In this document: piece after piece, positions 19,551-27,944 of the stretch
Numbering within the stretch: the first letter of the stretch is position 1
Layout: each line of letters opens with the position of its first letter
DNA from: Macrostomum lignano
Taxonomy: Eukaryota
Reading direction: 5' to 3'
NCBI GenBank assembly: GCA_002269645.1
Contig: NIVC01002500.1
Coordinates: forward strand, 1-27,944
Length of the DNA: 27,944 bases
Made by a program: the position numbers and the translations under genes
Notes under the pieces: model-generated
What the model was told of the DNA's origin: nothing
Seen by the model: only the letters and a program-made list of their open reading frames with translations
Databases searched by the model: none

Positions 19551-22500
19551 TCAGGGGGACCCGTCGGTCTCGCCTGCAGCGCGGTCCTCCTCACCGACGG
19601 TGGGGAAGAAATCAGCTCGTCCGGTGTCCCTGAGGTACCGGGCGAGCAGCGGGATGCTCTCGGGCCTGCAAACGTCGGAGAGAACCGGGTTTGGCCCGAG
19701 GTGAGTAAGCCTGGCCCTGGTGAAAACCGGGCAGTGGCAGATAAAATGCTCGGCGTTTTCACTGCCTGAGCGGCAGAAGGGGCACCGCTCCTCGGGTACT
19801 TGGCCCTGAAGGAAGCGGTGGCGAGAGAAGCAGCCATGCCCGGAGAGGGCCATGCTAACTGCTCTGAGGTCTCTGCGGTTGAGCCTGAGGAGGGCTCTAC
19901 GCAGGAGAGGAGAGGGACAGGGGACGGCAGCACGGGATTGCCTACAATTCCGGGTGTCGTGCCACCTGCGGAGATGCTCGGAGTCAGCCCAGCGCTTAAC
20001 GCGGGAATTGATCACCGAGGCGGGGATGGGGGCACCCGGGCCCGGCCCCAATAGCGCGCCGGCGGAGCCAGCCTTGGCCAGCAGGTCAGCGCGCTCGTTG
20101 CCGAGGAAGCCGGCGTGGCCCGGGATCCATCTGAGCTCCACCTGGTTGCCTAGCGCAAGCCCGTTGAGCTGGGTGTTGCAGTCCAGGACGGACCTGGAGC
20201 TGGCGGTGCTGCGGCAGAGGGCCCGAAGGGCTGCTTGGCTGTCAGAGTGAAAAATAAATTTCCGGCCGCTAAGCTGCCTTCGGCGCAGCTCTGCCGCGCA
20301 GGAGCTGATGGCAAGCACCTCGCTCTGAAAAACACTGGAGTTGAGCCCAGTGTGCTGGGAGTAGTTCCACACCACTTCTCCCTTGAAGAAGACGCAAGCT
20401 CCGAAGCCTGAAAGACCATGCCTCATAGAGCCGTCAGTGTAACAGTGGACTTCAGAGTCGCTCCAGCTGTCACTCGCCTCGTGTCGAGGCTGAATGGTGA
20501 CCTTATACCTTTGGCTCAGGAGAAGGGTGGCTGGGATCGAGTCCGTGAGGATGTTGAGCCCGCCACACTCCTCGAGAGCCTTGAGGCAGAGGTCAGAGTG
20601 CGGGATAAGCGACCGCTTCTTAAAGGCCCGCACTTTCTTGAAGGCCACCCCAGCATCCAGAAGACGCCGGGTGCTCTTCGCCGCCTCTCCTTTGATATAA
20701 ATATCCAAAGGAGGGGCACAGAGGAAGGCATTCATGCCTTCAAAAGGAGTAGAGGGTGGAGCGCCCATAGTCATGCGGCAGGCTCTGCCCTGGATTTTGT
20801 AGAGAGCGTCGAGGTTGCTCTTGACGCTCAGGCCGCTAGCCCACACGAGGCTGGCGTAACTGATCGAGGGGCGGATGATGGCAGTGTAAATCCACCACAG
20901 CTTCCTGGGGGTGAGCCCCCAGGTGGTGCCCACGGCGCGCCTGATCTGAGCCAGTACAGCCAGGGCTTTTTTGGCTTTAGTTTGAATGTGCGGAGTCCAG
21001 TTAAGCCTGTGGTCCAGAGTGAGGCCCAGGCAGCGGACCTGCTTCTCCATGGAAATATTCTTTCCATAGAGGGTGAGGGGCTTAATGGTCCAGAGCAGTT
21101 TGTTGGTAAACATGACTGCTGTGGTTTTCGACTCTGAGAGTCTAAGGCCACATTGGTCTGCCCAACGCTCCGCTCGTCCCAGAAAGCCCTGCAGAAGGTC
21201 TCTGATGGTATCAACCGAGGGGCCCGCGCATATCGCGGTCACATCATCGGCATAGCCCACCTTGAGAATGGGGTCGTGGAGATCACTGCAAAGCAACTCA
21301 TCCATGACCATGTTCCAGAGAACGGGGGTGAGAACGCCGCCCTGGGGGCCCCCTTTCAGGACAGGCACCGAAAGAGAGCTGCCGCTCAGGTGGGCCACAA
21401 CAGTGCGGTTTCGGATCATGAACATGATCCACCGGACAAGGTGAGGGTGCGTGGCCCTGGATTCCAGGGCTCTGCAAAAGGCCTCGAAGATGACGTTGTC
21501 GAAGGCCCCCTCAATGTCCAGGAAAAGCGAGAGGGCAAAGCCGCTGCCAAGAACGGCCCTCTCCAGGAAGTCAACAATGACATGGAGAGCACTCTCGGTT
21601 GACCTGCCCGCGCGGAAGGCGTGCTGGTTCTGCGAGAGTGGGAAGCGCTTCAGCTCGACCGAAAGTAGGCGCCAAAGCACCAGTCTCTCGAGGAGCTTGA
21701 GGCAGAAAGAAGTGAGGCTGATAGGCCTGAAGGCCTTCACCGATTGGTAGTCGCTCTTTCCAGGCTTGGGGATAAAGACCACCCGGGCCTCTCTCCATGC
21801 AACTGGTACATAGCCCAGCTCCACACAAGCTCGAAGGAGACGACAGAGCAGGTCCAGGAAGCGGTGGTTTTTCACCGCCTCGTGCAAGAACGCTGGGTAG
21901 ATGCCGTCGGGCCCAGGCGCCTTGAACGGGTTAAAGGACCTTGCCGCTCTAATAATGCGGTCTTTGGTGATCATAGACTTTGCTAGGCCTTGCCCTCCCA
22001 CTGTGTGGTCGGGCGGGCCCTGCTGAGTCGGAGATTTAGGGAAAAAACTGTTGAGCATGAGCTCTAGAGTCTCTTCCGAACTCTCTGTGACCGAGCCGTC
22101 AGGTCTCTTCACAACAGAGAGTTTAGAAAAACGGTCATTAGTGAGTGCCTTAACCACGCGGGCTACGGGGCGAGAGCCCTCAAGCCCTTCGCAATATTGG
22201 CGCCACTTGGCCGTCTTGGCCCTTCTGACTTGGCCCTTAAACTCGTGGATCGCACGGGTATAGGCCTCTCTGTCAGATGGGTCTTTGGTTTTGAGCGCTC
22301 GCCTTTGGAGGGTCCTGGCTCGGCGCCGAAGGGCCCCGAGCTCTGGGTTCCACCAGGGAGCAGATTTCTTGCCTTTATAGGCCTTTAGGGGGCAGGCTGC
22401 TTCAAAGGCAGTGGTGATCGCCCCGCCCAGGGAGGAGGCGAGATCGTCCACCACCTGGCAGTCAGAGAGGTCACTGGGGGGGTCAAGATCCCGAAGGCCG

Positions 22501-23255
22501 CGGCTCAGCTTCGAGCCAAAGGCGGCCCAATCGGTGTTCCTGACGTTCCGACTCCAAGTGACCTTAGGCTTTTGCTTGGTCGGCCCAATGCAAAAGCGGA
22601 TAAAGCGGTGGTCCGAGAGCGAGTCCTCGTCCCACACTCGCCAGCCCGTAACTGCGGAAAGCAGTCCGGGTGAGGCGATGGTGGTGTCGATGACTTCGGC
22701 CCACCGCCCATTATTGAACGTTGGTGCATTGCCCACGTTACAGAAGTTGAGGTTAGTGCTGCTGACATAGGCCAGCAGCTCCTCGCCTCTGCTATTGATG
22801 TTCTTGCTGCCCCAATGCAGGTGGTGTGCGTTCACATCCCCTGCAATGAGCAGCTCGAACCGATGGGACGCAGCATAGTCAGTAAGGTTGACTAACGCGT
22901 CGCAGACAACTGGGGCATCGCCCGGGAAATAGGCAGAAGCTACCAGCACAGGTTTATTGGGAATGAGGTTATTGATTTGAACAACACAGATGTCCCCAGT
23001 CGAGAGATCAGGTCTCATCCATGCCTCAAAAGCTTTTGCAGCAAAGACCAAAGATCTTGGGCGAGGCTGAGAGCCCACCATGCAAAAACAGTGGTAGCCA
23101 GATGGCACATTATTTGGCTTACCTTTAGTCATCCAGGGCTCCTGTACGAAGACCAGGCCCGGAAGCTGTTGCTCTGCCGTGCGCATCAGGTTGACCGACG
23201 CCGCCACGCAGTGCTGGGTGTTGATCTGCAGACACCAGGTAGTCGCTGGCATCAT
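19551..23255 (-). CDS. ORF2 pol: apurinic-like endonuclease, reverse transcriptase, RNase H, C-terminal CCHC finger (1234 aa)
   Basis: APE: LQINTQH, VQEPW, AGDVNAH, SDH. RT: KAPGPDG, FRPISL, FLDIEGAFD, PQGGVL, YADD. RNase H: YTDGS, QSEV, SDSQAAL, WIPGH, NERADLLAK. Finger: CPFC...EHFICHC. Confidence 0.97.
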   Translation of the reverse strand: MMPATTWCLQINTQHCVAASVNLMRTAEQQLPGLVFVQEPWMTKGKPNNVPSGYHCFCMVGSQPRPRSLVFAAKAFEAWMRPDLSTGDICVVQINNLIPNKPVLVASAYFPGDAPVVCDALVNLTDYAASHRFELLIAGDVNAHHLHWGSKNINSRGEELLAYVSSTNLNFCNVGNAPTFNNGRWAEVIDTTIASPGLLSAVTGWRVWDEDSLSDHRFIRFCIGPTKQKPKVTWSRNVRNTDWAAFGSKLSRGLRDLDPPSDLSDCQVVDDLASSLGGAITTAFEAACPLKAYKGKKSAPWWNPELGALRRRARTLQRRALKTKDPSDREAYTRAIHEFKGQVRRAKTAKWRQYCEGLEGSRPVARVVKALTNDRFSKLSVVKRPDGSVTESSEETLELMLNSFFPKSPTQQGPPDHTVGGQGLAKSMITKDRIIRAARSFNPFKAPGPDGIYPAFLHEAVKNHRFLDLLCRLLRACVELGYVPVAWREARVVFIPKPGKSDYQSVKAFRPISLTSFCLKLLERLVLWRLLSVELKRFPLSQNQHAFRAGRSTESALHVIVDFLERAVLGSGFALSLFLDIEGAFDNVIFEAFCRALESRATHPHLVRWIMFMIRNRTVVAHLSGSSLSVPVLKGGPQGGVLTPVLWNMVMDELLCSDLHDPILKVGYADDVTAICAGPSVDTIRDLLQGFLGRAERWADQCGLRLSESKTTAVMFTNKLLWTIKPLTLYGKNISMEKQVRCLGLTLDHRLNWTPHIQTKAKKALAVLAQIRRAVGTTWGLTPRKLWWIYTAIIRPSISYASLVWASGLSVKSNLDALYKIQGRACRMTMGAPPSTPFEGMNAFLCAPPLDIYIKGEAAKSTRRLLDAGVAFKKVRAFKKRSLIPHSDLCLKALEECGGLNILTDSIPATLLLSQRYKVTIQPRHEASDSWSDSEVHCYTDGSMRHGLSGFGACVFFKGEVVWNYSQHTGLNSSVFQSEVLAISSCAAELRRRQLSGRKFIFHSDSQAALRALCRSTASSRSVLDCNTQLNGLALGNQVELRWIPGHAGFLGNERADLLAKAGSAGALLGPGPGAPIPASVINSRVKRWADSEHLRRWHDTRNCRQSRAAVPCPSPLLRRALLRLNRRDLRAVSMALSGHGCFSRHRFLQGQVPEERCPFCRSGSENAEHFICHCPVFTRARLTHLGPNPVLSDVCRPESIPLLARYLRDTGRADFFPTVGEEDRAAGETDGSP

Positions 23256-24772
23256 TGCAGATCGGATGTTGCAGCCGCCAGGAGTTCCTCCTCCTCCTCG
23301 GCGCTCACCGGCTTCGGGTCGGGGTCGCCGGTGTCCATGGGCTCTTCTTCAGCAAAAGGCCCCCGATTGGCCGGAAGGCAGTAGGCAGCGTTCGCCGCCC
23401 TTTGCCCACCATCCATGGGGTCCTCCGCCTCAGATTGGCCCAATGCCCTGGAGCAGCCAGCCGCCTGGGCAGGCGGGTCCGTCTCCAGTCGGCCCTGCCC
23501 CGAGGGGTTGGGCCCAGCTGGGACGTCCCCACCCTCCCTGGACGAACTGGTGCGCCTAGGCGTCCCGGCGACCTCTCGCCTCAGCTGGGAGATTTTGGCG
23601 GTACGGACTGCCTCAGCTGCACGCTGGTACAGGCCGCGCCGCTTGGTGCTGCGCGCCGGGCGTCGGTCGCCTCCGCCCTCAGCAGCGCGCTGAGCTTTGC
23701 CCGCGCGGCCGTGCTGCCGGGCAGGGCGGTTTGCTTTGGCAGTCTGAGCAGAGGCTTGCGCCTCGGCCCCGGCCGCCTCCGCATCCCGCCCGCCCTGCTC
23801 ACTGCCACGGGGAGGGTCGGCCTCGTAGGAGCGGATGCGCAGCTTCCAAAGGCCGACGTTGATGAAGCTGCCGTGTGGATAACGCCTCATCCAGGCGTCC
23901 GACAGCCCCAGGATGGCTGTGAAGCCAGTGCCGTCGGTGCGCTTAAGGGTGTCATGCACCACTAGGCCCGCGGCGGGAAGCTCCCGGTTGACTGCTAGCA
24001 GTCCTTTCCGGAGCTCGTCAGCAGAGGTAACAACGCTCCTGGCCGGGACCCAGATTCGATGCCTCTTGGTCCGGGGGCGCTCGTCCTCTCTGCAGAAGGC
24101 TAGGTTGAGGTCCCAGCTCTGCTCGGGCAGCAGCTCAAGGAGCCGCCGACCCGAGTCAGCATCACTGGGCCAAATGAGAAGGCACGAGTCCCTCGTCGCA
24201 TTCGAATGAATGTTCAGAGGCGTGCCCTTCAGAGTTTGCTTCCACAGGAGGCCATCAACGGCACTTCTCACCTGCTTCAGCTGATCGGGAGACAGGCGCG
24301 CGTCCTTTCCCAGGATGACAACCGCCGGTTGCCTCTTTGCCGCATCAGCGTAGGAGGCCCGGGGGTCAGTGGAGCTTTCTTCAGGTGGGCTGTCCACCCT
24401 CCCGGCTGCATCGGCCTCCCTATCCTGGGCAGGGGCTTCCGTGGGCTCGAGGCCCTCTTCCGCCACCGCCCCAGACTGGGAAGCTTCCGCTGCCGCGGGC
24501 CGTTGGCCCCTGGCACCGGTTTGGCTTCCGCCCTCCTTGGCCCGCCTCGCCTTGTTAAGTCGACGGCGGGCAGCTCCAGAGGTGGTGCTGCGTTTCTTAG
24601 CAGCTGGAGTAGCAGGTGTCTTCTCGGAGGCACCGCTCAGAGTTGGCTCCACGGGTCTCGCCGAGGCGTCCCCGATGGTAGCAGGTGGTATGGCCGAGGA
24701 GTCCACGGCCCCAGCCGAGGCCGGAGGCACTGTGTCATCCACAGCCGGTTGATTTCTTCGGTTAGAAGCCAT
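23252..24772 (-). CDS. ORF1 gag-like protein (506 aa from ATG 24772); disordered ends, central domain resembling LOA-type ORF1 (DUF4780-like), no CCHC knuckles
   Basis: Position upstream of ORF2; SYADAAK motif and RIWVP...LRKGLLAVNRELP segment. First true ATG (MASNRR) is 40 codons into the tracked ORF. Domain assignment is from recall, not a search. Confidence 0.82.
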   Translation of the reverse strand: MASNRRNQPAVDDTVPPASAGAVDSSAIPPATIGDASARPVEPTLSGASEKTPATPAAKKRSTTSGAARRRLNKARRAKEGGSQTGARGQRPAAAEASQSGAVAEEGLEPTEAPAQDREADAAGRVDSPPEESSTDPRASYADAAKRQPAVVILGKDARLSPDQLKQVRSAVDGLLWKQTLKGTPLNIHSNATRDSCLLIWPSDADSGRRLLELLPEQSWDLNLAFCREDERPRTKRHRIWVPARSVVTSADELRKGLLAVNRELPAAGLVVHDTLKRTDGTGFTAILGLSDAWMRRYPHGSFINVGLWKLRIRSYEADPPRGSEQGGRDAEAAGAEAQASAQTAKANRPARQHGRAGKAQRAAEGGGDRRPARSTKRRGLYQRAAEAVRTAKISQLRREVAGTPRRTSSSREGGDVPAGPNPSGQGRLETDPPAQAAGCSRALGQSEAEDPMDGGQRAANAAYCLPANRGPFAEEEPMDTGDPDPKPVSAEEEEELLAAATSDLQ

Positions 24773-25248
24773 TGGCTGGAAGTAAAAAGGTGGGACTTCC
24801 TGCAGAACACAGGCAAAGAGCCGCAAGGCCGCAACCCCAAACCAAGCGGCAGGCCCCCAAAAAGCAAAATACCACCCTGCGGGGGGACCCAAAAGCGCAA
24901 GGGGAACCGTTAGCGACCAGACTACTCCCTGGCCAAGCGTCCATCAGCACGGAGTTACACTGGGACATTAGAGGGTGCGTTTATGGTCACACCAGGACCC
25001 GGCGCCAACGAATCAGCTCGGCAGGGCCCAAGGGGGCCTGCCTTAACACCCACGGGACGAGTACCCTTCGAAGTGCGCCTTGCAAGGTGAAAATCAGGAG
25101 ACAGAGTCTCTTGAGCTATCAGCCCGCCAGGGGAGGCAGGTGTGAGCATCGCTGGCTGGGATAAAGGCCATACCAGTCTCATACTGCACAGATAGTTCAC
25201 CACGCCATTACGTGCAGGACCCGGGGTCCTGGGGGCAACAGCCCCGGC

Positions 25249-25574
25249 CCTTGAAAGGACAAAAGAGCTGACACATTTCCATATTATGATCAAAAGAGCT
25301 GACACATTTCCATATTATGATTAAAAGAGCTGACACATTTCCTTGAAAGGACAAAAGAGCTGACACATTTCCATATTATGATCAAAAGAGCTGACACATT
25401 TCCATATTATGATCAAAAGAGCTGACACATTTCCTTGAAAGGACAAAAGAGCTGACACATTTCCTTCAAAGGACAAAAGAGCTGACACATTTCCTTGAAA
25501 GGACAAAAGAGCTGACACATTTCCTTCAAAGGACAAAAGAGCTGACACATTTCCATATTATGATCAAAAGAGCT
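25249..25574. repeat. Right part of the same 30/31-bp minisatellite, starting with the right TSD
   Basis: The same two unit variants resume immediately after the LINE 5' end. Confidence 0.95.
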
Positions 25575-25992
25575 TGGCACGTACACGAGCTTCAGAATTC
25601 GGACAACTGACAAAATTAACTTCAACTTGATCATCCAGCGCTCAAGCAACTACGCATAACGGCAGGCCCAGTGCAAGTGCAGCAAGGACGATTGCGCCTG
25701 CAATGCAGAACCATCCGCAGCACACACTGGAAGGAGGGGGGGGGGCTGCATCGCCTCCCTGCCGCAATCCTAGCTTAAAATGGAAGGCGAGAGGGCAGCG
25801 AGAGGATGGGGTTGTGTACAGCCCAGCTGCGCAGTAATCTCCCTGCCTCCCTATCCCTGTGAACTGCGAACCAGCCCCAGCCCCGCAGCAGAGGATCAGG
25901 ATGGGATAAATGCGCAGTCGCTTGCTTCAAGGTAGCGAAGCTTCATTTTTCTTTTAGTCCCAGAGCCGCAATCCGAATCCCAGATCCCAGCC

Positions 25993-27162
25993 ATGCCAGC
26001 CAGCCGTAGTTCGTGGCTGTTCATCTGCCTGCTGCCAGCCCTTGTCGCCACCCAGTGCGTGCACGAAGGCCGCATGGTGCCGAATGGCGGATTGCTGCCC
26101 AACCCGAGTGGAGACGCCTGCTTCGACCGGGTCTGCCGCTGCGAGTCCTGGGACCGCTGCCGCTTCGAGCTGGAGCGCAAGTCCGTGCTGGCCAAGGTCA
26201 ACGAGCAGCGCCAGGCTGAGGCCGACAGCCAGCAGGGCTCTGCGCTGGTCCGCACTCTGGAGTGCAAGTGCGTGGAGGACCTGGAGGGCAGGTGAGTACG
26301 GAGCAGGCAGCACGGAATGGTGACGTTATAAAAGGCTTTTCAAGATGATGCCTGACCCCCAATTCTGACCCCCAGCTACCTGACCCCCACTACTGACCCC
26401 AGCTACCTGACCCCCACTACTGACCCCCAGCTACCTGACCCCCACTACTGACCCCCAGATGCCTGACCCCCTAGCTACCTGACCCCCACTACTGACCCCC
26501 AGCTACTTGACCCCCTAGCTACCTGACCCCCACTACTGACCCCCAGATGCCTGACCCCCTAGCTACCTGACCTCAGCTACTTGAATCCAACTACCTGACC
26601 CCATCTACCTGACCCCCACTACTGACCCCCAGCTACCTGACCCGAACTACCTGACCCCCACTACTGAACCCCACTACTGACCCCCAGCTACCTGACCCCC
26701 TAGCTATCTGACCTGACCCCCTAGCTACCTGACTACCAGCTACCTGACCCCCAGCTACCAGACCCCAGCTGCCTGATCCCCCCAGCTACCTGCCCCAGCT
26801 GCCTGACCCCCCCCCGCCGCGGCAGCCACGAGATGAGCTTCTTCTGCGCCAGCCGCCGCAGCGGCAACCAGACGGGCTGTGTGGATGCCGACGGCAGCCT
26901 CCGCCAGCCCGGCCAGCGCGTCTCCGTGGAGACATCGGGCGGCGAGTCGCTCTTCTGCGAATGCGACGCCAATGGCCACTACGTGAACTGCGCCAGCCAG
27001 GACGACCTGCGCGACGATGACGGATGCCAGGACGAGGCCGGCGCTCGGGTGGCCCTCGGAGCCGCCTACAAGCGCACCCTGCTGCTGAACGGCCGCAGCG
27101 TCAGCCTGGAGTGCGTGTGCACCAAGTCCGATCAGGAGACCGCCTGCGTGCGGCTGGAGTGA
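25993..27162 (+). CDS. Secreted cysteine-rich protein, join(25993-26291,26826-27162), 211 aa; four C-x-C modules (vWC/FN1-like)
   Basis: Hydrophobic signal peptide SWLFICLLPALVAT; donor AG|GTGAGT at 26292 and acceptor ccgcggcag| at 26825, both phase 2; 16 mature cysteines. Confidence 0.85.
26352..26815. repeat. ~15-bp degenerate minisatellite (CTGACCCCCAGCTAC / CTGACCCCCACTA) filling the intron
   Basis: Read directly. Confidence 0.93.
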
Positions 27163-27276
27163 CAGCTGGGGGCCGCGGTGTACATTTTGACCTGCTGCAA
27201 CCGGGCACTTTGTCTGTCTAATCTTTTTGTTTATTTAGTTTTTACTCATGATGGTCTATGGACATGTGTTCAATAC

Positions 27277-27650
27277 AGATTACAGTAGCTGTACATCCAG
27301 ATTACAGTAGCTGCACATCCAGATTACAGTAGCTGTACATCCAGATTACAGTAGCTGTACATCCAGATTACAGTAGCTGTACATCCAGATTACAGTAGCT
27401 GTACATCCAGATTACAGTAGCTGTACATCCAGATTACAGTAGCTGTACATCCAGATTACAGTAGCTGTACATCCAGATTACAGTAGCTGTACATCCAGAT
27501 TACAGTAGCTGTACATCCAGATTACAGTAGCTGTACATCCAGATTACAGTAGCTGTACATCCAGACTACAGCAGCTGTACATCCAGACTACAGCAGCTGT
27601 ACATCCAGATTACAGTAGCTGTACATCCAGACTACAGCAGCTGTACATGC
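27277..27650. repeat. 22-bp minisatellite (AGATTACAGTAGCTGTACATCC)n, ~17 copies
   Basis: Read directly. Confidence 0.96.
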
Positions 27651-27944
27651 AGATGGATGCACAGGTCTTATAAAAAACGCAGCTGCGGCGGCCTAAGTTT
27701 TTAAAAAATTTCCTAAAAATTGACAAACGCAAAAAACAAATTCAAAATTCAAAATTGTTTGAAGCACAAAGTACAAATAAGGTGAGATGAATTGTCTTGT
27801 ATTTATTTTGAGTATGCTTTGTGAGTAGGCCATTGTTAATCTCTTAACATCAGCTAATCCAAGGTAAGCGGAGTTTGCAATAGTTTTAGTTTGAGAACGA
27901 CTTTATAAAATTATTATATTCAAATCTAAAAAGCGCGAAAGTCC

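Larger units (their letters stand above)
19436..25248 (-). mobile_element. Full-length non-LTR retrotransposon (LOA/R1 group; APE-RT-RNase H), 5813 bp
   Basis: Two intact ORFs, a 476-nt 5'UTR, a 115-nt 3'UTR ending in (TAAGTCAAG)2, and a 12-bp TSD CCTTGAAAGGAC at 19424-19435 and 25249-25260. Confidence 0.95.

Noticed and set aside
19536-25164. Many + strand ORFs within the LINE, including 20418-21137, 23255-23965 and 24206-24913
   Set aside because: Antisense shadows of GC-rich ORF1 and ORF2; no recognisable motifs.
24900-25248. HDV-like or hammerhead ribozyme call at the LINE 5' end
   Set aside because: Candidate loops (GCC-UCCCCU-GGC; ACUC-GUCCCGU-GGGU) lack the L3 consensus and a matching P1/P1.1/P2, and no CUGANGA-GAAA core was found. 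Kept only as a structured UTR.
1-27944. CRISPR arrays
   Set aside because: All arrays are head-to-tail repeats without unique spacers, there are no cas genes, and the context is eukaryotic and spliced.

Overview
Eukaryotic (animal) genomic DNA. GC-rich coding exons are separated by many short minisatellites that make up roughly a third of the window. This architecture resembles flatworm genomes such as Macrostomum (inference only). Main content: (1) A spliced + strand cAMP-specific phosphodiesterase PDE4/dunce gene. I reconstructed nine phase-compatible exons by hand, 5491-18022 (678 aa), with UCR1, UCR2 and an intact catalytic domain, plus candidate alternative N-termini. (2) In its last intron, a 1.6-kb element (14689-16296) with ~100-bp terminal INVERTED repeats (TGT...ACA) that encloses a decayed Ty3/Gypsy gag-protease, with one end looking like a real 5' LTR plus PBS. 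(3) A full-length, apparently intact LOA/R1-group non-LTR retrotransposon on the - strand (19436-25248; ORF1, then APE-RT-RNaseH-CCHC ORF2), inserted into a minisatellite with a 12-bp target-site duplication. (4) A two-exon gene (25993-27162) for a 211-aa secreted protein with four C-x-C cysteine modules. No rRNA, tRNA or CRISPR was seen. Most long ORFs in the supplied track are repeat read-throughs or antisense shadows.
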